Source of the DNA: Candidatus Nanopusillus sp.
Lineage (GTDB): Archaea > Nanobdellota > Nanobdellia > Nanobdellales > Nanobdellaceae
DNA: 32,000 nucleotides
Direction: 5' to 3'
Assembly (NCBI GenBank): GCA_028275775.1
Contig: JAPWTZ010000003.1
Coordinates: 7,274-39,273, forward strand
The position numbers were made by a program, and so were the translations under genes. Of the stretch, positions 1 through 7,775 are shown piece by piece. The notes beneath the pieces are model-generated. The model saw only the letters and a list, made by a program, of their open reading frames with translations, made no database searches and had not been told where the DNA came from. How positions within the stretch are numbered: position 1 is the stretch's first letter; each line of letters opens with the position of its first letter.

Positions 1-1
1 A

Positions 2-268
2 ATATATGAATTAAGAAAAGATGATGGAATATTTTTAAATTATAGAGAGGCAATTATATTAACAGATAATGATAATAAGGGAAGAATTTTATATAAATAT
101 GTAAGGAATTTATTAGAATCTGATGGAATAATTGTAAATGATATTGAAAGGAGAAAATTCTTTAAATATTTTAGAGTAAGGGAAGTTGAAGATTTAAGAA
201 AGCATATTGAGGAAATTAAGTTCTATATTAATTATTTTGAGAATCCTGAGAAGATTTTATACTTTTAA
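2..268 (+). CDS. 3' part of a Toprim-domain protein (small primase-like / RNase M5-like); 5' end lies outside the window
   Basis: Frame 2 is open from the window edge to TAA at 266-268. It is not in the ORF track because it has no in-window start. The translation contains AIILTDNDNKGRILYKYVRNLLES, which resembles the Toprim DxD acidic motif region. It overlaps the convergent primase 3' end by 41 nt. Confidence 0.35.
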   Translation: MYELRKDDGIFLNYREAIILTDNDNKGRILYKYVRNLLESDGIIVNDIERRKFFKYFRVREVEDLRKHIEEIKFYINYFENPEKILYF

Positions 269-1619
269 TTTTTTTAATTGGATATGATAATGGATTTTTA
301 ATTAAAGAACAAATATTATCTGGAGTACATACCCCAATATCTTTATAATATATCTCATTATCGCAATTTGGAGTTAGATATTTTTTATTATTTTTATATA
401 ATTTCTTATGCCATTCTAATTGATATTCTATATATCTATCCTTCAGTGGATCTTGTAAATTTTCATTCCATTCTTTTATATATCTTTCAATTTTATCCCA
501 ATCCCATCCAATATTTGCAAAGAAATTTATTAATATAAATAAAGATCTTTTTCTTCCATCATCCATTTCTTTATTATTTAATATGTTTTTTATACATGGT
601 GGGAATAGATCTTCATTTATTTCTATTTTTCTCTTCTTTATTTCTTCTACATCTTTCTTTGTCTCTTCAATTCCTTCTTGATTTTTATAATTTTCTGCTA
701 ACTGACTAATTTTTACTGCTTCAAATTCATTTTTTATTTTCCATAATAATGAATCATTAATTAATTTCTTTAATTCCTTAGATTCTTTTCTTTCCAAATC
801 TTCTGTTAAATATGGTATACCTTCATATGAATAATTATTTATATTAGAATCTTCAGGATTTAATTTTTCTATATAATTTTCTTTTATTGGTATAGATAAA
901 TTTCCTGTTTTTTCATTTATTGAATATAAACATCTAATTAAATGTCTTGATGATATTAATATTGTATCTATTTCAATTATATCATATGGATTGAATTTTT
1001 CTATATCATTTACCCCATAATTTTTTAATTCCTCTTCACTAAATTTTAATAGTACTATTTTCTTTAATTTCTCTTCTATTTCTTTTGATATATATAATGC
1101 CAATATTCTTGCAAGATCTGGAAATAATTTCCTTGTTTCTTCTTCTACAAGATTGTCCTTTTTATATATATTTATTGTTTCAGGAAATATTTCCCATGGA
1201 ATTGCTATATGGAATCCTTTTCCCCCGGAATATTTTATATATATTGGTTTAATATTTTTTTCTTTTAAATAATCAAAGATAATTCTTGCAGTAACTTTTG
1301 ATAAATCTAAAGATTTTGCATCAATATCTATTATAAAATCCCATCCCAATCTATATTCATTTAAATCTTTCTTTGAAACTTTTTCACTTAATATATTTAA
1401 ATCAATCCATCTTTCAATTGATATATGAAATGAAATAGCACCTTTTTTAATATAATTTATTATATCATCTTCTGTTTCTATTTTTGATGGTCTATGTCCA
1501 AAATTATTATTTGATAATAAATACCCAACTTCTCTATTTTGTGAAATTTTTACCATATCTTCCAAAATCTCTTTATTATTTTGATAGAATTTAATTAAAT
1601 TATTTAACATTATACTCAT
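228..1619 (-). CDS. priS: Archaeo-eukaryotic DNA primase: single chain with a PriS catalytic domain fused to a PriL-CTD-like Fe-S domain
   Basis: The N-terminal half carries the AEP motifs GWDFIIDIDAKS (DxD) and YSGGKGFHIAIPWE. The C-terminal about 130 aa carry four spaced Cys (PPCIKNIL ... TPNCDN ... GVCTPDNIC), as in the PriL C-terminal 4Fe-4S domain. Confidence 0.8.
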   Translation of the reverse strand: MSIMLNNLIKFYQNNKEILEDMVKISQNREVGYLLSNNNFGHRPSKIETEDDIINYIKKGAISFHISIERWIDLNILSEKVSKKDLNEYRLGWDFIIDIDAKSLDLSKVTARIIFDYLKEKNIKPIYIKYSGGKGFHIAIPWEIFPETINIYKKDNLVEEETRKLFPDLARILALYISKEIEEKLKKIVLLKFSEEELKNYGVNDIEKFNPYDIIEIDTILISSRHLIRCLYSINEKTGNLSIPIKENYIEKLNPEDSNINNYSYEGIPYLTEDLERKESKELKKLINDSLLWKIKNEFEAVKISQLAENYKNQEGIEETKKDVEEIKKRKIEINEDLFPPCIKNILNNKEMDDGRKRSLFILINFFANIGWDWDKIERYIKEWNENLQDPLKDRYIEYQLEWHKKLYKNNKKYLTPNCDNEIYYKDIGVCTPDNICSLIKNPLSYPIKKIKSIKSSQDSQNN

Positions 1620-1687
1620 AATAATTTTTTATTGCAAAAAAATAAAAATTACAAAGATTTATAAAAATTTATAAAATCATTCTAATA

Positions 1688-2233
1688 ATGTTTTATGAAG
1701 TCCAAATATATGATGTAGTAAGAGTACCGCCAAATGAAATAACAGATAATGTAAATGAAATGATAGAAAAAATATTATTAAATAATTATGTTGGAATGGG
1801 TGGGAAAGAATATGGGATAATTGTAACAATAAAATCTATAGATGAAATATCTGAAGGTATAATGGTTTTTGAAGATGGGGGTGTATATTATAAAGTAAAA
1901 TTTACTGCAATTTCATATTTTCCAATTATTTCTGAACTAACATATGGATTTGTATCATCTATAACGGAATTTGGAGCATTTATAAATATAGGACCTATAG
2001 ATGCATTGGTTCATATTTCTCAAATAATGGATGATGAAGTATCTGTTTCTGGAAGAGAAGCTTTAATTGGAAAAAATAGTAGAAAAGTATTGAAGGTAAA
2101 TGATATGGTAAAAGCAAGAATAGTTACAATAAGTTATAAAGGTGTATCAAATGTAAGGATTGCGATGACAATGAAGCAACCAGGGTTGGGAAAATTAGAA
2201 TGGCTTGAACAAAAGAAAAAATCTAGTAAATAA
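1688..2233 (+). CDS. rpoE: DNA-directed RNA polymerase subunit E' (Rpo7)
   Basis: Rpo7-like N-terminal domain followed by an S1 fold (GFVSSITEFGAFINIGPIDALVHISQIMDD). It sits in the conserved position directly upstream of spt4. Confidence 0.85.
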   Translation: MFYEVQIYDVVRVPPNEITDNVNEMIEKILLNNYVGMGGKEYGIIVTIKSIDEISEGIMVFEDGGVYYKVKFTAISYFPIISELTYGFVSSITEFGAFINIGPIDALVHISQIMDDEVSVSGREALIGKNSRKVLKVNDMVKARIVTISYKGVSNVRIAMTMKQPGLGKLEWLEQKKKSSK

Positions 2234-2436
2234 TGGCATATAGAAAACCAAAAAGAAAAATTTGTAGAAATTGTAAAGCAATAATTGATAAAGATGTAGA
2301 TAGATGCCCATATTGTGGTTCTACAGATTTATCTGAAGATTATTCTGGATTTATTATAATTGTAAATCAAAATAATTCTGAATTCTCTAAAAGATTAAAT
2401 TTAAAAGAAGGTAAGTGGGCAATAAGGGTATTATAA
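2233..2436 (+). CDS. spt4: Transcription elongation factor Spt4 (RpoE'')
   Basis: 67 aa with the zinc ribbon CRNC...CPYCGS followed by SGFIIIV...GKWAIRV. TAATG overlap with rpoE'. Confidence 0.8.
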   Translation: MAYRKPKRKICRNCKAIIDKDVDRCPYCGSTDLSEDYSGFIIIVNQNNSEFSKRLNLKEGKWAIRVL

Positions 2437-2437
2437 A

Positions 2438-4150
2438 ATGGATATAAATAAATTAATAAGAAAATGGGTTTTATATAATAAATATAAGTATGGAAATGTA
2501 GATTTAAATTCTGTTGTATCAAAAATAGTATATGAAAATCCGGATATAAAGAAAAATATAAAAGAAATAATTCCAAAAGTTAAAGAAGAAATAAATAATT
2601 TGATTAATATATCCAGAGAAGAAGCTTATAATATATTATTAAAAGAATATCCAGAATTATTAGAAGAAAAAAAGAAAGAAGAAAGAAAAGGATTACCGGA
2701 ATTAAAGAATGCAATAGAAGGCAAAGTTAGGACTAGATTTGCTCCAAATCCTTCAGGATATTTACATATAGGTCATGCAAGGGCAATTATATTGAATTAT
2801 GAATATGCAAAAATGTATAAAGGAAAATTTATATTAAGAATTGAAGATACGGATCCAAAGGTTAAAAAACCAGATCCAGATGTATACGATTCAATAAAAG
2901 AGGATGTTGAATGGTTAATAAATGATAAAGTAGATGAATTTTATATACAGTCTGAGAGATTAGATATATATTATAAATATATAAAAGAATTAATTGAAAA
3001 AGGATTTGCATATGTAGATCTTTCTCCAAAAGAAATAATATCAAAATATAGAGCAGAAGGAATTCCTACAGAATATAGATTGAAAGAACCTGAATGGCAT
3101 TTGGAACAATTTGAAAAAATGATAAATGGATATTATGAAGAAGAAAAAGCAGTAATAAGAATTAAAACTGATCTAAATCATCCAAATCCATCTGTAAGGG
3201 ATTGGATTGCATTTAGAATTGTTAATCCAAATAAAAATCCACATCCATATTTATTAAAAAAATATGGAGAAAATTATGTAGAAAAATATTGGTTATGGCC
3301 AACATATAATTTTTCTGTATCTATAGATGATCATTTAATGGGAATAACGCATGTTTTAAGAATGAAAGAACATGAAGTAAATGCATATAAACAAAAATAT
3401 ATTTATGAATATTTTGGATGGGAATTTCCAACAGTAATAAATTATGGAGCATTATTAGTAAAAGATTTACCATTACATAAATCTGAAATAAGGAAATTAA
3501 TAAAAGAAGGAAAAATATCTGGATGGGACGATCCATTTTTACCAACATTAAGAGGATTGAGAAGGAGGGGAATTGATAGAGAGGCAATAAGAAAATATAT
3601 TTTAGAAATAGGTCCAAATCCTGTAGATGTAGTTATAGATTGGAACAAAATATATGCATATAATAGAGAAATATATGATAAAAAGGCTAAGAGATTTTTT
3701 ATAATAAGAAATCCTGTAAAAGTTATAATAAATGATTTACCATTAAATAAAGTAATAAAAGTTAAGAATCATCCTGAAGTAGATTTGGGATATAGGGAAT
3801 TTATAATAAAATCTAATATAATTTATATAGATAAAAATGATATAAATAATAAATATTTAAGATTATTTGAAGGATTTAATATTGAAATAATAGATAAAAA
3901 GGAAGATTATATTATTGCTAAATATATATCAGATAGTATAGAAGATGCGAAAAAATTGAATGCAAAAATTGTTCAATGGGTACCTGAAGAGTATAAGATT
4001 AATATAAAAATATGGGAAAAAGATGGTATAATAGATGCAATTGCTGAAAAATATGTATTAGAATTAACAAAGGATGGAGAAATAATTCATGGAATAAGGT
4101 ATGGATTCTTTAAGAGGGAAAAGGATTATTTAATATATATGCATAAATAA
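2438..4150 (+). CDS. gltX: Glutamyl-tRNA synthetase, archaeal type, probably non-discriminating
   Basis: Class I HIGH region RFAPNPSGYLHIGHARAIILN, archaeal/eukaryal GluRS-like catalytic core and C-terminal anticodon-binding barrels. GatD is present in the same window. Confidence 0.85.
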   Translation: MDINKLIRKWVLYNKYKYGNVDLNSVVSKIVYENPDIKKNIKEIIPKVKEEINNLINISREEAYNILLKEYPELLEEKKKEERKGLPELKNAIEGKVRTRFAPNPSGYLHIGHARAIILNYEYAKMYKGKFILRIEDTDPKVKKPDPDVYDSIKEDVEWLINDKVDEFYIQSERLDIYYKYIKELIEKGFAYVDLSPKEIISKYRAEGIPTEYRLKEPEWHLEQFEKMINGYYEEEKAVIRIKTDLNHPNPSVRDWIAFRIVNPNKNPHPYLLKKYGENYVEKYWLWPTYNFSVSIDDHLMGITHVLRMKEHEVNAYKQKYIYEYFGWEFPTVINYGALLVKDLPLHKSEIRKLIKEGKISGWDDPFLPTLRGLRRRGIDREAIRKYILEIGPNPVDVVIDWNKIYAYNREIYDKKAKRFFIIRNPVKVIINDLPLNKVIKVKNHPEVDLGYREFIIKSNIIYIDKNDINNKYLRLFEGFNIEIIDKKEDYIIAKYISDSIEDAKKLNAKIVQWVPEEYKINIKIWEKDGIIDAIAEKYVLELTKDGEIIHGIRYGFFKREKDYLIYMHK

Positions 4151-4179
4151 TTTTTAAATGAAATTTATAATATATAAAA

Positions 4180-4536
4180 ATGGTTAGTGAAGAAGAAATT
4201 GCATCAAAGTATGAGGAGTTTGAAAATCTAAGACAAGCATATTTATTAATAGAAAATAAAAGACAAAAAGTTTTACAAGATTTAGCTGAAACAGAAAATG
4301 CATTAAAAGAATTATCGAATTTACCAGATAATAAAAAGGTTTATTATATGATAGGGAATGTATTAATAGAAAAGGATAAAAAAGAATTGATAGATAAGTT
4401 AAATGAAGATAAAGAAATATTAAAGGTTGAAGCAGAGAAGTTAAAAAAGCAGTCTGATATATATAAAGAAAAGTTAAATTCTTTAACAAAGGAATTAAAT
4501 GATTTATTAAAGAGATCTAATTTACAATCTAAATAG
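4180..4536 (+). CDS. pfdB: Prefoldin beta subunit
   Basis: 118 aa with two long heptad coiled-coil arms flanking a central hairpin (VYYMIGNVLIEKDKKELIDKL). Size and layout are typical of GimC beta. Confidence 0.75.
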   Translation: MVSEEEIASKYEEFENLRQAYLLIENKRQKVLQDLAETENALKELSNLPDNKKVYYMIGNVLIEKDKKELIDKLNEDKEILKVEAEKLKKQSDIYKEKLNSLTKELNDLLKRSNLQSK

Positions 4537-4605
4537 ATAATATCATAAAAGATAATCAAAAATAATAACCAAAGGCATAAAAATGGTAGAAAGATATATA
4601 TTTAT

Positions 4606-4998
4606 ATGGTATCTTTGGGGAACATATTTAAGTCAAAGAAGAAAGAATCTTCTGATCAGTATGTAGAGGTAATACCTACTCAGAAGGCTGAGGAGGTAAA
4701 GATTTATGTTAGAGTATTTAGGATAAAAGATCCATCAGAAGTTAAAGCTGTTGTAGATTCATTAAGGGAAAGAAATTATATAGTATTTGTAGATATATCA
4801 GGATTAAGTGGAAGTAAGGATCTTGTAGAAGTAAAGAGAGTTGTATCTAGAATAAAATCTGTTGTAGATGCAATTGGAGGGGATATAGCTGCTGTAAATA
4901 AAGATTGGATTATTGCTACACCTCCATATGTAAGGATTTGGAGAGGACATCAAATGTCTGCAATTGAAGAAGTAAAACAAGAAAGTCAACAATCTTAA
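4606..4998 (+). CDS. sepF: SepF-like cell division protein (DUF552)
   Basis: Core IYVRVFRIKDPSEVKAVVDSLRERNYIVFVDISGL...RVVSRIKSVVDAIGGDIAAV matches the SepF alpha/beta domain pattern. FtsZ is encoded in the window. Confidence 0.7.
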   Translation: MVSLGNIFKSKKKESSDQYVEVIPTQKAEEVKIYVRVFRIKDPSEVKAVVDSLRERNYIVFVDISGLSGSKDLVEVKRVVSRIKSVVDAIGGDIAAVNKDWIIATPPYVRIWRGHQMSAIEEVKQESQQS

Positions 4999-5483
4999 TA
5001 TATTTTTGACAATCCCTTTTCATCTTCTATTATTATAGTTAATTCTTTTTTATTATTTAATACATCTTCTATATAGTTTATCTTTTCTATTATTTTATTA
5101 TATTTTTCTTTATCATCAGAATATAATATCTTAAAGCTTTCCAAATTATTTTTTACATTCATTAAAAAATCATCTATTGCTCTAATTTCAAATTTTGATT
5201 CAATACCCGGAGTTATTTCTATTTCAATTTCTTTTAATATTATTTTTGCATAAGGAGATTTCAAAAGTAATTTTCTTGCCTTTTCTATATTATCTATTTT
5301 ATATTCTATTTTTATATAACCTTTATCTTCTAGTGGTATTATTTCAAATGTTTTATAATTGCAAGAATTACATTTAAATACATAAAGTAATGACTTACCG
5401 ATCTCTGGAAAATCATATTCAATTGTTTTTATTTCAATATCCTTTGAATTACAAACTGGACAAGAATTTGTTAAGATTATCAT
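4995..5483 (-). CDS. ZPR1-type zinc-finger protein
   Basis: CPVC...(x23)...CNSC zinc ribbon followed by a beta-rich ZPR1-like A domain (KIEYKIDNIEKARKLLLKSPYAKIILKEIEIEITPG). About 160 aa, as in archaeal ZPR1 homologs. Confidence 0.6.
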   Translation of the reverse strand: MIILTNSCPVCNSKDIEIKTIEYDFPEIGKSLLYVFKCNSCNYKTFEIIPLEDKGYIKIEYKIDNIEKARKLLLKSPYAKIILKEIEIEITPGIESKFEIRAIDDFLMNVKNNLESFKILYSDDKEKYNKIIEKINYIEDVLNNKKELTIIIEDEKGLSKIY

Positions 5484-5649
5484 ATATTTTTAATAATCTA
5501 AATATTAAATTCATTTGAGCTCTTGCCTTTGATATATCTTTTTTATCAATTATTATATTATTATTTTCAATTTTTATTCCTTCTTGAGATTCTAAAAATT
5601 TTAATATATCTATTAAATCTTTATCTTCAATATTAATTATTATTTTCAT
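5449..5649 (-). CDS. Small Pcc1-like (KEOPS subunit) protein, tentative
   Basis: 66 aa with a pattern ...IKIENNNIIIDKKDISKARAQMNLIFRLLKI that resembles the Pcc1 strand-strand-helix motif (A.D..aLRA..Ns.lR.l). ATGA overlap with rpoP upstream. Confidence 0.4.
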   Translation of the reverse strand: MKIIINIEDKDLIDILKFLESQEGIKIENNNIIIDKKDISKARAQMNLIFRLLKIYDNLNKFLSSL

Positions 5650-5786
5650 ACAGCTTTTATTTTTTTAATTGTATTTGGTCTTAATTTTACCAATATTTTT
5701 GATCCACAATATATACATTTAACCTTCTTCAATGCAGTTTCGCCATCTATTATTCTTTTGCAATTTATACAAATATATTGTGTCAT
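5646..5786 (-). CDS. rpoP: DNA-directed RNA polymerase subunit P (Rpo12)
   Basis: Hand-translated 46-aa ORF, below the track cutoff: MTQYICINCKRIIDGETALKKVKCIYCGSKILVKLRPNTIKKIKAV. It has the CxxC...CxxCG zinc ribbon followed by ILxKxRP, the Rpo12 signature. It is ATGA-coupled to rpl37ae upstream and to the next ORF downstream. Confidence 0.8.
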   Translation of the reverse strand: MTQYICINCKRIIDGETALKKVKCIYCGSKILVKLRPNTIKKIKAV

Positions 5787-6001
5787 TGTATACTATAAGC
5801 TTTTCCAGTAAATTTTTTGCCACAATGTGTACAATACCATATTCCATAAGATAATCTTTTTACTGATATATTATTACAGAAAGGACATTTTAATTTTTTA
5901 TTCCTATATTTTTTCTCAATTTCAATTAAATTTTCCCTTATTCCTTTTCCATATCTAGAACCAAATCTTGCAACAGGACCTAATAATTTAGTATGACTCA
6001 T
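5783..6001 (-). CDS. rpl37ae: Ribosomal protein L37Ae (eL43)
   Basis: 72 aa with GSRYGKGIRE and the zinc ribbon CPFC...CTHCGKKFTGKAY. Confidence 0.9.
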   Translation of the reverse strand: MSHTKLLGPVARFGSRYGKGIRENLIEIEKKYRNKKLKCPFCNNISVKRLSYGIWYCTHCGKKFTGKAYSIQ

Positions 6002-6035
6002 AATTTACATATATTTTAAAAATGTTTTATAAATA

Positions 6036-6554
6036 TTGCATATTATGGTATCTGTAAGAGATGTAAATGGTCAAATGCTTGTAGAAAGATTAGCTAAATA
6101 TTTATTCGAAAATTATAAAGATATAATAAAACCACCAAGTTGGGCATTTTTTATTAAAACAGGACCAGATAAAGAGAGAAATCCTGATTTTCCACCAGAT
6201 GTAGATTATAATGGAGGACCTGGATGGTGGTATTATAGAGCAGCATCAATTTTAAGAAAAGTATATTTATATGGACCAATTGGTGTTTCTAGATTAAGAA
6301 GAAAATATTCTGGATTAAGAAAAAGGGGAATGGAACCTGGAAAAGTTGTAAAAGGATATGGAAAATTAATAAGGGAAATATTGCATCAATTGGAGAATGC
6401 AGGATTAGTTATGAAAGTAAATGAAGGAAAGAAAAAGGGAAGAATTGTAACAAATAGTGGAAGAAGTTTATTAGATAAATTAGCTAATGAAATATATAAA
6501 GAATTAAATAACGAAAATAAGAATTTAATTGATTATATAAAATCTGTTTCATGA
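6036..6554 (+). CDS. rps19e: Ribosomal protein S19e (eS19)
   Basis: VRDV...PPSWAFFIKTGPDKERNPD...WWYYRAASILRKVYLYGPIGVSRLRRKYSG...QLENAGLV. The alternative start at 6045 (MVSVRDV) is equally plausible. Confidence 0.9.
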   Translation: MHIMVSVRDVNGQMLVERLAKYLFENYKDIIKPPSWAFFIKTGPDKERNPDFPPDVDYNGGPGWWYYRAASILRKVYLYGPIGVSRLRRKYSGLRKRGMEPGKVVKGYGKLIREILHQLENAGLVMKVNEGKKKGRIVTNSGRSLLDKLANEIYKELNNENKNLIDYIKSVS

Positions 6555-7021
6555 GAGGTATAAGTTTATGGATTGAATTTTTAATATATACAGCATTTGC
6601 CATCTCTATATTATCTTTTGTATTATATTTTGTTCATTTAACAATTCAAAATCAGCAGGATGAATTAAACTTAAAATATATTGTAAAATTATTGACAAAT
6701 TTAAATTATCAAATAGAGACAATCGGATCTTGTTATTCATGTAATTATAAAGCTTATGATAATTTACCAACAAAAACAATTATATATATTTATCCAGGAG
6801 AAATAATGTGTATATATTATTCTACTATAAATTATTCTTTACAAGTTCCTCCATATATAAATTTAAATATAACTCAATTATCTGCATATGATTATGAATA
6901 TAATTTTACTGTTAATACAATTCCATTTAATATAATAAATGGTCCTAATCTTACAATTACAAATAATTTATGTCTATTGTTAAATAAAAACCAATCAGGT
7001 TTATATATTAGTTTATGTTAA
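6551..7021 (+). CDS. Small secreted or membrane-anchored Asn/Tyr/Cys-rich protein with a class III (prepilin-like) N-terminus
   Basis: N-terminus MRG|ISLWIEFLIYTAFAISILSFVLYFV is a short basic segment with Gly followed by a hydrophobic helix containing Glu. The ectodomain has N-x-S/T sequons and 5 Cys. ATGA overlap with the rps19e stop. Confidence 0.5.
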   Translation: MRGISLWIEFLIYTAFAISILSFVLYFVHLTIQNQQDELNLKYIVKLLTNLNYQIETIGSCYSCNYKAYDNLPTKTIIYIYPGEIMCIYYSTINYSLQVPPYINLNITQLSAYDYEYNFTVNTIPFNIINGPNLTITNNLCLLLNKNQSGLYISLC

Positions 7022-7458
7022 ATACAAAAGAAATTAATATAATAACTATTAGAATTATTTACATTATAGCAAAAACAAATCCAGTTTGGTGGACTATATA
7101 AAATAAAGTTTTCATTACAATATTTTAATATGCTTTGATTTACAATAAAAAATCCTTTAAAATAATAACAACAATTTATATTATTCTCATTACATTCTTG
7201 AATTGATAAATTATATGAAGATATACAAATGAAAGAAAAATTATAATTAATTTCTTTTGTATAATTTTCAAAATATAATGTATAATTTGATATATAATTA
7301 TATCCAAAATTTTGATATGTATATATTATTTGGTCTTCAAAATTTTTTCCTATTAAATTTGGATTAATACTATTTATTGGGGAAAGATTGTAATATGTAA
7401 TAAAAGATAAAATAATAATAATTGCAATTGTTGCTAATAATATATATTGAGATTTCAT
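7018..7458 (-). CDS. Small secreted or membrane-anchored Asn/Tyr/Cys-rich protein, last gene of the ATPase operon
   Basis: N-terminus MKSQYILLATIAIIIILSFITYY. The ectodomain has many Cys (INCCYYF, WICFCY) and sequons. ATGA overlap with the upstream gene. Confidence 0.5.
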   Translation of the reverse strand: MKSQYILLATIAIIIILSFITYYNLSPINSINPNLIGKNFEDQIIYTYQNFGYNYISNYTLYFENYTKEINYNFSFICISSYNLSIQECNENNINCCYYFKGFFIVNQSILKYCNENFILYSPPNWICFCYNVNNSNSYYINFFCI

Positions 7459-7775
7459 CCAAATATAATTAATATATATGGATTAAAATAATTTTGCCCC
7501 GCATATAAATATTCAAATATTGGTTCATAATTTTCTATATATGTAGAATTTACTTGTTTTCCAAAATAGCATATTGTAATATTATTATTCGTTAGATTTA
7601 TTATTTCATATATATATAAATTATTGTTGCATGAAGAATTTAGATAAATTAAGTTATTTGGATCAAAAGTATAAATATTGTAATTGTTATATTTGCTATA
7701 ATAAGTATATAAAAAGAAAAAGGTCAATAATATTATTGAAAATGCTAATTCTACCAGTATTATCCAGCTTCTCAT
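7455..7775 (-). CDS. Small prepilin-like protein
   Basis: N-terminus MRSWIILVELAFSIILLTFFFLY is basic, then hydrophobic with Glu. Followed by an N/Y-rich domain with NITICYFGK. ATGA overlaps at both ends. Confidence 0.5.
   Translation of the reverse strand: MRSWIILVELAFSIILLTFFFLYTYYSKYNNYNIYTFDPNNLIYLNSSCNNNLYIYEIINLTNNNITICYFGKQVNSTYIENYEPIFEYLYAGQNYFNPYILIIFG

Noticed and set aside
1655-1687. Individual TATA/BRE promoter calls upstream of most genes (for example TTTATAAAA about 26 nt before the rpoE' ATG).
   Set aside because: TATA-like words occur almost everywhere in DNA this AT-rich, so position-specific promoter calls cannot be supported without transcription start data. I discuss only the repeat-flanked element at 14110-14163.
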